Shown: positions 1 through 12,058 of the stretch, in pieces
Position numbering within the stretch: position 1 is the stretch's first letter
Layout of the letters: each line of letters begins with the position of its first letter
Origin: Leidyana gryllorum EB-2025a
Taxonomy: Eukaryota; Protista; Apicomplexa
Assembly: GCA_048772705.1 (NCBI GenBank)
Contig: JBLWGC010000230.1
Coordinates: 1,550,001 to 1,614,000, forward strand
Direction: 5' to 3'
Length of the DNA stretch: 64,000 bases
Notes under the pieces: generated by a model
What the model was told of the DNA's origin: nothing
Seen by the model: the letters and a program-made list of their open reading frames with translations, nothing else
Database searches by the model: none
Position numbers and translations under genes: made by a program

Positions 1-325
1 CAACGCCTTCAACGGCAGGTTTGATAACCTCCTGCTCATCTTTGTAAGCGAAGGTGAAGGGCGAGGCCAGATGGAGCAAGTAATCGCATCCCTCTACCGC
101 TTCTGCCCATCCTTCGTCGCTCATCAAGTCGGCTTTGACCAGCTCAAGGTTTGATTCCGCTTTGGGATGGAAGGTTTTGAGAAAAGCGTACTTGGCTCCG
201 TTGACATCCCGAACAGTACCCCTGACTTTGTAGCCTTTGTCGAGCAATTGGTACACCACATGGGAAGCCAGCCAGCCACCAGCACCAGTAACCAAGATCG
301 GCTTCTCGCTTATGATGGCAGACAT
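1..325 (-). CDS. NAD(P)-dependent extended SDR reductase (dihydroflavonol/aldehyde reductase-like), 3' part outside window
   Basis: Manual minus-strand translation from ATG at 325: MSAIISEKPILVTGAGGWLASHVVYQLLDKGYKVRGTVRD...LHLASPF; Rossmann TGxxGxxA motif and HxASP motif; close paralogue of the adjacent gene. Confidence 0.9.
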   Translation of the reverse strand, partial: MSAIISEKPILVTGAGGWLASHVVYQLLDKGYKVRGTVRDVNGAKYAFLKTFHPKAESNLELVKADLMSDEGWAEAVEGCDYLLHLASPFTFAYKDEQEVIKPAVEGV

Positions 326-464
326 TGTCAACAAACTACGTGTCTTTCGTCTGCTTGAGATTTTGTGGAGCAAAATCTAAGATTGTCTCCCCGTGTGCGA
401 TGTATTGATCTATTCGGCTTAAGGAGGGGAGTAGATGTGTAGGTGTGTCGTGGGGTTCTGAGAG

Positions 465-1635
465 CTAATAAGCTGTGCAGTTTTTTATCATCTCTTCCGG
501 TACTTCTCGAGACTCCAGCACCCCATATTTCATCAAGCTCAGTGCGTGAAGGCGCAGAGCTTCTTTGGCAGGTCTGACAAGATAGCGTGTCCGGAAATCT
601 ATAGCAAACCCACCTCCATTTGATGCGTAAGACTTCCGACGCTTTAGCATTCGAGACGTAAGTGGGAAGGTTCAATTTATCATAGGCGAGTCGAAGAGTT
701 CGGTTGAATGGTTTCAGGCAGGCCAGGAGGAGGACGAATGGGGTGTTAGTGGCAATCTTGAAGCCATACTTTTCGAAGACTTCGGCTAGTACCTTGGCCT
801 GATCTTGCATTGTCATATTACCATCATCGGCCCGCAAGCAGAATCTTTGTCCGACCACCTCCGCTTCGGGTGCTTCCATAGCAACTATATGAGCGAAAGC
901 TACGTCTCGCACATCGACATGACTGGAAGTGATGGGTGGGGCGAAGGGATAGGTTTTAAGCAGAACCCGTTTGATTTGTTCACTCGACTCCGAGGCACCG
1001 TGCGACGCGTCCAATATGGGGCCGAAGATGAATCCCGGATTCAACACCACCAATTGCATTGGCGGCTCCGGTTGTCCTCTTGCATTGTTGTATTCCTTAA
1101 CCATCTCCCAAGCTTTCTGCTCGGCCAATGTTTTACTGCGTTCGTAGCCCCCAGCGACCTTCGGGTCTGACCAGTCCTTCTCAGTGAACTGTGCGAAAGA
1201 GCCATCAGCGTTCTTTTCTGCGTACCGCTGCTTGGGATGGCCATAGCACACAGCGGCCACACTGCTTGTCATCACTATGCGTTGCACAGATGTGCCTCCA
1301 GCCAGGATGGGTTTGAAGAGGTTTTCGACCCCAGCAACAGCTGGGCCGACAACTTCGTCTTCATGAGCAAAATCCAGAATAAATGGTGACGCTACGTGGA
1401 TGACGTATCTGACATCCTTCACAGCTTCAGCCCATCCCTTTGGGGAGGTGAGGTTGGTCTCCACAAGTTCGAGATTGGTCTCAGCCTTGGGGTGGAAAGT
1501 TTTAAGAAACCGATATTTATCGCCATTGACATCTCTGACAGTGCCTCTGACTTTATAACCTCTGTCAAGGAGTTGAAAGGTTACATGAGAGCCGACCCAG
1601 CCAGCACAACCTGTTACAAGCACGTCAGCAGGCAT
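465..1635 (-). CDS. NAD(P)-dependent extended SDR reductase (epimerase/dehydratase superfamily), 2 exons
   Basis: TGCAGWVG, HVASP, TSS, YERSK (YxxxK catalytic), NPGFIFGP and VDVRDVA motifs. A 40-nt GT..AG intron (613-574) joins ...IKWR to PAKEALRLH...CTAY* (stop 465). ATG at 1635. Confidence 0.92.
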
Positions 1636-1667
1636 TCTAAACACCAAAATTGCAGCGCTTTCGAAAA

Positions 1668-3233
1668 CTAAGGGGCAATTGCTGGGTTTTTTCCTGGTAG
1701 CGGAGCGGCGCGTCGAATGGGAGCTTCCACGATCTTGGCAACCTCTGGGGTTTCCCAGGGCCTTGCAGTGGGATCAGCCCAACTGGCGAGAGCGGCCTTA
1801 TTCTGGACCGCCGACTTTGCTTCGGCGAGCCACCGCTTCTCCCAGTCGTAGTCTGGTGGCACTGCAATGAGATCCTTGGCCCCCTTTTCGACCATTTCTC
1901 GGAATTGCGGGGTGTGAAAGCCAGCTGCATGACACGAATTGAAATGAACAGCGAAATCCCCAGCCTTCCAGGTCAAAGGTGATCGTTGGGGATGATTCAT
2001 GATCCAGGGGCAGCCTGGGGCATTGATCCACCGCTGATTGACATAAAGACCATATCTTGGTTCTGCTGGTCTCCCGTCCGCTTGCTTGCCCGGTGTGGGG
2101 TCCGCGTTCACATCGAGAAGCTTACGGTCAGGGAAGTAAAAGTCCAGCACGACTTGAACTGCCTTCTCCGTCGGATGTACACGAGGAGATCTGCTGAACA
2201 AGAGTTCGTCGCCTCTGAACCCGGGAGACCAGTAGTCCTCAACGAAAGGTAAGCAGAAGTTTCGTAGACGATCAAACTCAAAACCGAACAACTCTTCCAT
2301 TGCCCAGTTCATATATCCTTGGTCCTGTCCGTAGAATCGATGCTTGATTTTCTGCCGATATCCATAGAGGACAGTGGTGAAGAGAGCACTAGCTAGGCGC
2401 GATGGCTGATACAACCAAGACCCACTATTCACGCCCCATAGATCGAAACAATTGACTTCCGGAGCGATAACAAAAGCAACCTCCGAAACATTCGTGGGAA
2501 GATTGCCACGTCCATCGGTCAAACATTCAAACGGTGGCGCAGCTGGCTTCCCAGCAGCATTAGTCGAGCCTCCATTCGAGGTAGCTGGTTGGCCACAGAC
2601 TCGTTGCTCGGCTGTGGGGGCCTGCAGTCCTCGTTCAATTCGCTCTACCAGAGATTGCACACCAAGATACTTATTTGTCAAGGCAATATCGCTGTCCAAA
2701 TACAGAACCCATGGCAAACTACGCGTCTCGGGTGATGACGTAACAATGTGCTGCTCATCTATGAGCCAATTGACCACCATAGCGGACCGATATCTTTCCA
2801 AATGACGATCAAAGTTGTGGGGACGACTCAACGGCACTGGATATTCCTTATCGCTGTTAATGTTGAATAAACAGTGGGGCACTGATTGTTGCGCGGCGAA
2901 AGAAGCTCGCCACCAATCCAGTTCCAAGTATGAGTTTGTAAACTTGTCATGCGCCGTAAAGATCACGTAATCACAGACCATACGCTCTGTGAACTCCACC
3001 ACTTTCATACTCGCCCCATCAACATATGGAAATCCGGGCCTCCCGTCAGGAAAGGGACCAGAGTGTAAAATGGTAATATTCGAAACTGCATATGAGGTCG
3101 AATCGTCAAAGTCCGCTTTGAGAATGTTATCGAGCCCAGGATGGTAGACGACCTTAGAAGAGGGCTGCTCACCGCCTTTCAGGTTAGCAGCATCCACCGC
3201 CACCCACGCGGCTACAATTGGCAACAGATGCAT
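1668..3233 (-). CDS. Secretory-pathway GT-A fold glycosyltransferase, GT34 (GMA12/MNN10)-like
   Basis: Hydrophobic N-terminus MHLLPIVAAWVAVDAA; WVLYLDSD (DxD), GVNSGSWL, QDQGYMN and WKAGDFAVHF motifs resemble GT34 galactosyl/mannosyl/xylosyltransferases. Confidence 0.7.
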   Translation of the reverse strand: MHLLPIVAAWVAVDAANLKGGEQPSSKVVYHPGLDNILKADFDDSTSYAVSNITILHSGPFPDGRPGFPYVDGASMKVVEFTERMVCDYVIFTAHDKFTNSYLELDWWRASFAAQQSVPHCLFNINSDKEYPVPLSRPHNFDRHLERYRSAMVVNWLIDEQHIVTSSPETRSLPWVLYLDSDIALTNKYLGVQSLVERIERGLQAPTAEQRVCGQPATSNGGSTNAAGKPAAPPFECLTDGRGNLPTNVSEVAFVIAPEVNCFDLWGVNSGSWLYQPSRLASALFTTVLYGYRQKIKHRFYGQDQGYMNWAMEELFGFEFDRLRNFCLPFVEDYWSPGFRGDELLFSRSPRVHPTEKAVQVVLDFYFPDRKLLDVNADPTPGKQADGRPAEPRYGLYVNQRWINAPGCPWIMNHPQRSPLTWKAGDFAVHFNSCHAAGFHTPQFREMVEKGAKDLIAVPPDYDWEKRWLAEAKSAVQNKAALASWADPTARPWETPEVAKIVEAPIRRAAPLPGKNPAIAP

Positions 3234-3269
3234 GACGAGCTGCTCACCGCACAAAAAAAAGATAAACAG

Positions 3270-5611
3270 ATGGGAGCTCGTCGAACAAGTCGCCGAAAGA
3301 CCAAGCCCACAAGTTTGTCTCAGACCTCACGATTAGCTAGAATTCTGCAACAGCATGGTCATGCCGCGCCTCAAAACACGGACCCAAACTCCCTTATCAA
3401 ACAGGTAACCCCGAATGTCCCCTCTCAAGCCTCCAATCGCCTACCACAGATAGACTCTATGGACTTGGAGGTCATGGAACCGTCCTGCTTGATTGTGGCA
3501 CACCTCTTCGACCTGGGAGTCGAGCAGCCCCACAATCAGGATCTCTGGAAAGAACTCAAATTCCTCCTCGATTCCGACATTGGGGTGATCAATGCTCTCT
3601 TGGCACCGTGGCGAGGATCAGAGTATAGAAAGCTCAATGGAGAAGATCTCGCACGCAAGAGTGTCTGCTTGATTGGACTCAACAGCGTGGTCACTTTCAT
3701 TGGTGCCTTCGGTGCTGTTGACAAACCGGTCATAGAGGACGCCGTCTTGTTGCGCTTCCTTGAGAGCGTGGAACAGGCCTTCCTCGTCCTGGAGAGCCAG
3801 GATCAAACGCCCCACCTCCAAGCGGTGAACAGCATCATGCAGTCAAGCTTGGGTCTCCTCACTGCCCTCACGTTGACATCCGTCGGGGCGATACGCCGTG
3901 TCATGTTGACGCAACTATCGGACGAGAATGGACGATCCTTATTCAGGGGCACCACCCTCATGGAGTTCATCCTGGAGCGCGCTCTAAACCAAGGTGAGGT
4001 GAAATGGTGACTAATTCCGATCTATTGATCTGCTCTCAGGACTAAGCCGCATAGACTTGCCCACTCGCACAGCGGCTTTACGCTTGGTTGAGGCCTGTTG
4101 GAGAGCAGAGATTGTCGATGAGGACCTTAGCAAGCAGCATATTATCATGGAAACCCTTATCAATTTTGCAGAAGCTGCTGCTGCACGAGCTCCCGATATG
4201 TTTTTGAACGCAACCACTCTGGAGGAGTGGGAAGCGGCCCTGGCAGCCATTGGTCTGGCGGTGCAAACGCTGAGTGAGTTTCCCTACCACGAACTGGATA
4301 TATCATAATGTGTGTGTCTCCTGTTCAGATCTGCTAAGTTTTACGAAAGATGCAACTGCTGTGCTTCCGGCGGCCTGCGCCAAGATGATTGGATGCCTGT
4401 TGGTGACCAATGAGTCTAATCAATGGCGTTTCGTTGTCAACTGTGTCGCGGAGCAGGGATCCCGACTTGCGCCTGTGGATGAAACTAAAGAAGATCCAGA
4501 GGGCGATGTTGCGTTCAGGAGGCTGGTGAAATTGATGAACGACTTCAACGAATTGTTCCATCAAATCAGCGAAGCTGTGGATTTGGAAAAATGGCTCGAC
4601 CCGGGGATTTTCTTCCGAGGATATCGGCAGGCTGCGGCCATGTTTGGCACTCTCCGGTCGAACGTCTGTGAACAGCTTTGCCAATTGGGAGTGCAATGCA
4701 TCTGGGAGGCGCTACAGAGTCTCGGCTCAGTTGTGATGTCATCTGATGATGTCCATCTTCCACCACTTGCCACCTTATGGGGGGAACTCGCAGCACTGAC
4801 ACCGAGTGTGATATTGGCATTGGCACCAGCACTCGCTTGTTCTGAGGCGGTTGAGAGCACATTGGTAGCATTGGAGCACTTCAACAAGCAGTACCATGTG
4901 GCTTTCCACACTCAGACGCCTGTTCTGAACGAGTCGAGTGGGGCTGAGGAGATGCAAGCTCGTTCAGCTTGGCTCGCGAGAACAGACAGTTTCTTGGCGA
5001 AAGATGTGCAAAGTACTTTGCAGTCTCTGTGTCACGCATGTGGACTGTGGTTGTCCGAATGTCGTGATCTGCTGCAGGTGAAGGAATGCGAGAAATCGGA
5101 CGAAGGTGAGGCTCGTTTGGAGTTAGGCCGACAGGTGGTAATGGTGGTTACATCGCTCGGAAAAAGTGCTCCTCCGTTCTTTGAGACAGTGATCAGAGAG
5201 GAAGCACTGGGGGTACTGACTGGTCTGATCGAAAATGCGTTAAATGATGACAAGGGAGCACTGTTTGGGCTCGGTACCTACGGGATAGTGATCCTCACCG
5301 AGGCCATATTGGGAATGGTAGACCTGTTATCAGGTAAGGTGCTGGTCAGTCTTTACAATCACATTGGTACAGACGACGAATTTGATGCGCTATATCGAGG
5401 GAAGGGTGTTCAGAGTCTCGCAGAAAGAGTAGTCTCCCAGGCCTCATCCAGTTCGAAAGCTATTGCTGCCCGAATCCAGAAAAGAGCAGAGAAGAAGAGT
5501 CGTGGAGAGAAGACTGACGGCCCATCGTCCGATTTGATGGACTATGAGCTCTTCAAGCAGGCGTGTGAGACGTTAGACCAATTCATACAGTACAAGAAGT
5601 CCTCACAGTAG
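3270..5611 (+). CDS. Hypothetical alpha-helical (ARM/HEAT-like) protein, multi-exon; weak resemblance to HEATR3/Syo1
   Basis: ORFs 3141-4010, 4057-4308 and 4274-5611 are joinable by short GT-AG introns (~3993-4039, ~4273-4328; probable in-frame 45-nt intron 3405-3449). Basic N-terminus MGARRTSRRKTK and Leu/Ala-rich helical body. The family assignment is speculative. Confidence 0.6.
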
Positions 5612-5674
5612 TTGCTGCTGGTTTGAGTCGTCATAGGTGCGTGTGGTGCGTACACAACCGTAAAAAAATTAAGG

Positions 5675-7505
5675 ATGAACCGATACTATGGGAGTGAGCG
5701 TGTGGGTAAGAAAAGGGCGGCTGCCTTGACCGCTCAGGAGCTCCAAGCGATGGCTAATCCGCTACATGGCCGGTCTCGTGGAGAGCGTTTGTTGGACCAC
5801 TCAATGAACACGCTCAACAAGAAGCAGAGACTGCACACAGCAGCTCAGGAAGGTAGTGCGTCTGGCAACCCTCTGCGCCCTGATAGATTTTTTCAGCGAC
5901 AGTCTGATGGATCGTACAAGGTTATGGCTCCCGCCGCCCCCAGCTCCAAGGAGAAGTCAGGTCACGTTGCTGGAACAGTCGTCAAGAAGACTTCGAACGT
6001 GGTCACTGATACTCCGGGAGAGACATTGATGCAATGCCTCAGACGGCTGGAGCTGAGCAGTGAGAAACTGCATCGCACACTCTCATTGATCTGTCGCTTC
6101 TTCGATCGAAGCGACGGTAAGTATATGTTGGAATGTTGGCGAGAGGCTATCCGTCAAGGCCGCGAGGACTTTCTTTCGGGCTCCAGCGGTGTCACCAGAG
6201 ACATGTCTGAGCACGTGATGGCCGAGGCGTACTTACTTTTCTACGCGATGTGGCGAATAGCCACTTGTAAGTACGCCAATTCGAGTGGAGACGGCCGTGA
6301 ATTGATCATTCGGCTCTTTGAGAGAGTCTTTCGCGCCTTGGATGAAGAGACGCAAGCGCGATTAGCCGATGGATCAGATCAAGATCCTCGCGTTATAAAT
6401 GGCGACGTTCTCAAAGCTGTCGATCAATACACCCCTTTCTTGCGGCTTCGGTCGGAAAGGACTTCCTCCAAAGCATCTGAGGGTTTGTGTCACACTCGTG
6501 TTCGAGTCCGTCTCTCCCAGCCGCCTGTGCTCGAATCCCAGGTTCAGGTTGAAAGCGACAGCAGTGCACCGGAAAAACTCGTGGAGACTACTCAATCGGT
6601 CCATCAAGAGCCCGAGACTGACAGGTGCCCGAGCAATGGTACCCAGCGGGAAGCGGAGGCTGAGCACCAGAGCTCCTCAGATGGGACGAATAAAAGTGAG
6701 GTCGACGTTGTACCCTCAGTCTCGATTGCGAACACTGACATCTCACCACCGGAAAAGTCAGCAGAGACTGCTGAAGATGGGACGGAGGCGAGAAGCGTTA
6801 AGACTACGCGGCCGTTCTTCACACGGCCCATCGAGTGGTATTTGGTGTATCAGCAGATGATACCCATTGTCCGTCTAGCGGCCTTGGCCCATAACAATCT
6901 ATATACCGACGACAGCATTATCTTCCAGCGCGCTATCAACCGCATCCAGAGAGTCTATAACGAGCTTCCCGAGAATCCACCGCCCGAAAGTCCCTCTGGA
7001 GCCCCCCCACACGACCCAACAGCGTCCTTCAGTACCTGGGAGTGGTACATGCCGAACGGGTAAGGTGCTTCATTGGATCATTGATACACAGTGATTCTTT
7101 ATTGATCATCAGAGTTGATTTGATGCAAGTCCGACGGCGTGTTTTCATGGATACGCTTCCGACTATGTTCAGATTGAGGACAATTGGTTGGGCGCGTGTC
7201 ACTGTTGAGCATCTCTTTAATGATTTCTACATGAACCGCGCGCTCAAGTTCACAGCAGTGGAACAAGACGATATCGAAAAGTGGCAGTCGCAGATCAAAG
7301 CCCATGTGAGAGGATACAAAGCACTGAGCTCCAGTGGAGCCGAGCCGGCGTTGCCAGGTCAAGCACACGTCCCTGTGTCAGATACCCGTGTGGAAGTGAT
7401 TAACACAACTGCTGGTAAGAGAAAAGAGGCAGAGCTTTTTCCTGAAATAGCCATTGTCTGTCTGTAGGGTCACAAGCCTGGGCAGCTCGTCAAATGCCCA
7501 GCTGA
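5675..7505 (+). CDS. Hypothetical protein, 3 exons
   Basis: 462-aa ORF ends at donor GG|GTAAGG (7060); acceptor ATCAG (7112) continues in frame as VDLMQVRRR...; second intron 7415-7467 leads to GSQAWAARQMPS* (TGA 7503-7505). No domain recognised. Confidence 0.65.
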
Positions 7506-7678
7506 GTCTTCTTCTTCTTCTAATACACCACCACCAATAAGCATCCTCTCTCAAACATCCAACCAATATGGTGACATTGTCCGAACCTGTCTGTGTAGTA
7601 ATATAATAATGTGACCAGTGTCTAATAAGTGTGGGTGCGTATCTAACTATCTCAAAAAGAGGTCTTTGAAGTTTATAA

Positions 7679-7699
7679 ATATATATATATATATATATA
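7679..7699. repeat. (AT)n microsatellite between convergent genes
   Basis: About 10 AT units directly visible. Confidence 0.95.
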
Positions 7700-7745
7700 G
7701 AGGGGAACGGAATGATTAACGGTAATATTTTAATGACGGGCGAAT

Positions 7746-10700
7746 TCATTTCTTAGATCGGGTTGCGGCCTTTCGTGTTGTAGTAGTGGCGGCTGGGTCA
7801 CCATCAGTCTCCTTGGCCACCGCTTGAGATCTCGTCGCTCGTCGAGGCATCTCCTTTGCTTTTGCTTTGGCCGTTCCTCTCTTAGTGGCGGGGGCCGCGG
7901 TCTCCTCGACATCTTCTTCGGGCTGTGTTCGAGCGTTTCTTCGCCCCGCAGCAGCCGTTGGCGGTCTTGCAGCTGCAGCTGGCTGACTCTTGGTGCCTTT
8001 CGATCCGGCGACAGCTTTTGCTGAAGACGCTGATCCCTTTGTGGCAGGCGGTTGATGCTCCTCGACCTCCTCCTCATCCGTGTCATCCTCGTGAGTTACA
8101 GGAGCTTTGGCGGCCGCCTTGGCCCTTGACTTTGGTTTGGCCGCTGCTTTCTTTGGAGCAGTCTTAGCAACACTGGCAGTATCTTCGAGTTCTTGTTGAC
8201 TCTGAGCGCGGGTGGCCGCCGCACGTCCTCTACTTTTCTTTGCAGGCTGTGTTTCACTCTCCGTCGGCGCCTCTGCTTCCGGCTGAGTCGGTGCCTCCTC
8301 GGTAACCTTTCCGGGTCGTCGCGCCCCGCGTTTCTCGGCCACGGGCTTTTCCGTGGAGGCCTTCTCTGCAGCGCCCTTCTTTGACGCCGCGGGTCCTTTG
8401 CTGTCGGTGGTGGTCGTCTTGACGTCATTCACAGATCCCTTCTGGGCGGCCGCAGCTGTCGTGCTCTCTCCACCGGCCGCCGCTTTGCCTCTCGCTCTCG
8501 CAGCTTTCGTTGTGGTCTCGCCGGTCGGTGGGGGTGCCAAAGGAATCGGGGTCGTTTCCTGACTCGCAGGACCTCTCTTTGTCGACCGCGTGGTACGCGC
8601 TTTTTTACCGCCTGTTACTTGCTCCCTCTCGGGGCTCGCCGAAGCCTGACGCTTCACTCCACGCAATTCCTTTTTAACTCCGGACGCCGTCGTTCGAGTT
8701 CGCTTCGGAGCGTCGGCCTCGCCCGGTTGACTGATATCGGAAACATCTCCATCTGCTGGGGTGGCGGAGATGGTTGCCAACCGTCTGCGCGACGACCTTC
8801 CAGTCGCTGCTGCGGGCCCAGCAGCCGTCTCCTGGGTCGCTTTGCTCGCAGCCGTTCTCTTTGGACGAGCCTTCGCCTTGGCTTTGGCCTTGGGCTTCTT
8901 GGAAGCGGCAGGCGCCTCCTCAGCGACATCTTCCTCAGCAGCGGAGGACGGCTGGTCCTCATCAGCCGAAGTGGGGGCTTTGGCGGCGGTGCGCTCAGCT
9001 CGGCCCGCGTCTTCGTCATCCAAATCTTCTTCACGTTCTGCTTCATTGGACTCGTCATCAGCTTCATCTTCGCGAACGATCTCCTTTGGTTCCTGCGTCA
9101 CACTCACGTCGTCTTCCTCTTCCTCTTCCTCCTCTTCTTCGTCCGCTTCGCCCTGAGAGGGAGAGACGCCGATATCAGCTTCAGCCATGGAAAGATCGTC
9201 GTCTTTCGGCTGCGGACGTGCTGGAGGAGAGTCGTCGTCCGGCAGGGCTCCTGACTTTGGCTCATCATCATCAGACATGTATCCATCGTCTTCTTTCGAA
9301 GGAGAGAGCTCCGGAGGAGCAACAACAGGTAGTTCAACAGTACTGGTCACATTGTGTGCAGGTAGCGGTACGGCGGCTTTGATCAATGCGGGGAGGTCCC
9401 TCTGATAGTGACAGCATGCAACATACAGACAGAGCTATGGTGATTGACATACGGAAGTGTCAGGTCGAGGTTCAGGTTCAGGTTGGGCTTGAGATTGTGA
9501 CAGTGGTGTCACTTGAGCTTCTTTGTCGGCTCTCCGCCGCTTTACGGGTTCCATGTCTTCAGCCGGCGCATCATCCTCCTCACGACGTCTCTTGGTACCT
9601 CTCTCCAGTTGGGCCTCATCAGGCTGAATCATTGCTACAGCGTGCTGCGACCCAGCCGCCACACTCAACACCGGCTGGTTACTGAACGCCGACAGTGGAA
9701 CGTGAGTCGGACGGAACACAGGCAGCTCATCTTGCCGCCCAAGACCAAGTTGACCACTCTGGTTCTCACCCCTAAATGTGTGTGTGTGTGTGTGTGTCTG
9801 AGTGTCCTGTGGCCATTCAATTCACTCACCAGACGAAAAGCTCTCCGGAATAGGTTACGATGTAAGCGCCCTTATCGGAAGCGGTAATCTCGGCGACCAT
9901 CTGTCTGAAACCAGGAAGTTTCTGAGGGATAAGCAGATTCTTCTTGGACTGGGCAATCTCTCTGCCTTGGCCAACATACTCGCAGTGGCCCCATGTGAAC
10001 ACTGCCCCGTCATGTGTATAACCCATTGTGAACCAATCGCCGCCTTTGATATCCTTCCACACATAGCCCGGTGGGGTCCTGAGCGCCACTGGGGTAGACA
10101 CACACGTCACCTCACAGCCCCCTCCTAGTTCACCACAAGCATTACGGCCCATTCCAAAGACACCGCTGGCGCCATCGTACGAGATTTGGATGAAAAGAGT
10201 CGCGCGGCCACCGTAAATGTCTCCGACTACTCCATTTCGTCGGATCAGTTCGTTCTTGGGATGAGGGCACAAAGAGGTTTCGCTCTGTGCAATGGTGAAT
10301 TGAAGCCTAAGTAAGCGAGAAGTCATTATGATTATGAGACACAGAGATTGTCAGTGTCCGCTCACTCTGACAGTTTGATTTCCCGGGGCCATAGGTACTC
10401 GCGCGCGTTCTCGTGATCAGTCGGCGTTCCTCCCAACTGGCCATAGGGGTTGGCACCCCAGCCGTATACTCGGTACTTCCTGTCACGGGCACAGTAAGTC
10501 ATGACTACAGTGTGGTTCTCTCCACTGATTAGACGGATACAGCTACCCATCAAACCCGGAATCTTCACAGGAACGGTTTGGTGACGAACATAAGCACCGC
10601 GTTCTTTCGAAAAGTCAGGGAAGCCAAGAGGCCCAGTTCCGTCTCGATACGTTCCCCACACCCAACAGTCTCCGGTGGCGGTGATGATGGCCGTGTGACT

Positions 10701-12010
10701 GTCTCCAGCGGTCACCTTCACAATCTCAACCCTATCAGGCAACCCCCACACAGGACCTGGGGCCTTGCACAAATAGTAGTTGGAGTCGGGAGGTGGGTGG
10801 ACGGTGTTCCAACAAGGATCGATCAGCGGCCCGTCAACCTTTATCTCATACACCTCGCCATGTGCATTACGACGCTTAGTGTCGAGTCTGATCGGTCTGC
10901 CGAGCGCCTTCTCGTCATTGCAACCCCACGTCCAGACAGCTTGTCCATGGGACACGATACACGCATTGTGCATAGCACCACACACCACTGACTTGGCGAT
11001 GGGCTGATTCACCCTTCGAATAATCATTGGATTCAAGCACATGCCTTCCTCCAAGTTCTCCTGCTTTACCGCCAACTGATCACATTCTCCCGAACCCCAG
11101 TTGTAGAGGATACCACGGCGGCTGGGGTCTCGCTTCGGGTACGGTTTTGGCTGATTCGGGTCATAGTCTCGCAACAACGGTGAATCTGCGCCGGAGGTGC
11201 CAACGGGAGTGGTAGCCAAAGCATCAAGGAAGCGGCCCGGGCTCGGCTGACCGGATGCGCGCAAAGGACTTGGAGGAGCCGGTCTCGATGTTGGAGTTGA
11301 AGAAAAATCGTGGATGAGTTGACTAGTTCCAAAAGTGAATCTTCCAGCGTCCATCTTAGTGGACGACGCTTTATTCGAGTCGCTCTTGATACTCTGAAAG
11401 AGCGGAGTGCCACGTCGCAGGGCCGGTGTGCGTACCTGACTATGATTTTCCTTTTCGACAGCCTCAACATTAGGCGCAGCAGCCATCTCTGGTGTTTCTT
11501 CTTCGTCAACAGAGCTGCTTAATTGGGATCCGAATTGAACACTGAAACCCCCCGATCTGATTGGAGTCTGAGCGCCAAACTCTGGTCTGGCCATTTGCTG
11601 TGATCCAAACACCGGGTGCTGCGGAGGCGAAGCGGCACGAGGAAACGGCGGTATCGGGGGATGTTGAGTCGCATTTGCGGTGCCAGCAGTGGCTGGGAGC
11701 AGAACATTGGAGGATGTGGCGAACGGGTCTGAGATGTGTGTGTGCGCGTGTGTTTGAGAAAGAGTGTGTTTCAAATCATACCATGGGACGGGAGGGGTGC
11801 GGCACCGAAGGTGGGGCCGAACGCGGGTGTTCCATTGGACTCAGCAGCTTTGGCTGCGGGGGCGGCTCCGAATTGGATGCTGGGTAGTTCTGGGGAGGAT
11901 TCTTCTGCGTCTGACGGGGAACAGCCGGGCCTTAATTCCTGGCAAGCGGGACACTTGATTTCCTCAAAGGCACAAGGCACGAGGCAACGAGGGCAAGTCC
12001 ACGGTTGCAT
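7746..12010 (-). CDS. RCC1: Large RCC1-family protein: N-terminal RanBP2-type zinc finger, RCC1 repeats, bipartite NLS, acidic patch, Lys/Ala-rich tail; 5 exons
   Basis: MQPWTCPRCLVPCAFEEIKCPACQELRP (W-x-C-x2-C-x10-C-x2-C); RCC1 repeats (YNWGSGECDQL, VWTWGCNDEKALGR, AGDSHT, VYGWGANPYGQLG, GMGRNACGELG, WGENQSGQLGLG, AAGSQHA). ORFs 11771-12043, 10362-11774, 9826-10326, 9435-9719 and 7746-9386 are linked by GT-AG introns. Confidence 0.85.
9777..9797. repeat. (TG/CA)n microsatellite inside an RCC1 intron
   Basis: Dinucleotide run directly visible, immediately 5' of the minus-strand acceptor TTTAG. Confidence 0.9.
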
Positions 12011-12058
12011 GGTGAGGGGGGTAGGGGAGCAAATGTTCTTCAACTGAAAAAAAGGTGG

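Noticed and set aside
328-573. C-terminal ~95 aa of the listed 439-aa SDR ORF
   Set aside because: Read-through of the 574-613 intron; the spliced frame gives a more typical SDR terminus ending at 465.
7824-9405. Many overlapping ORFs on both strands within the RCC1 tail
   Set aside because: Shadow frames of GC-rich, low-complexity coding sequence.
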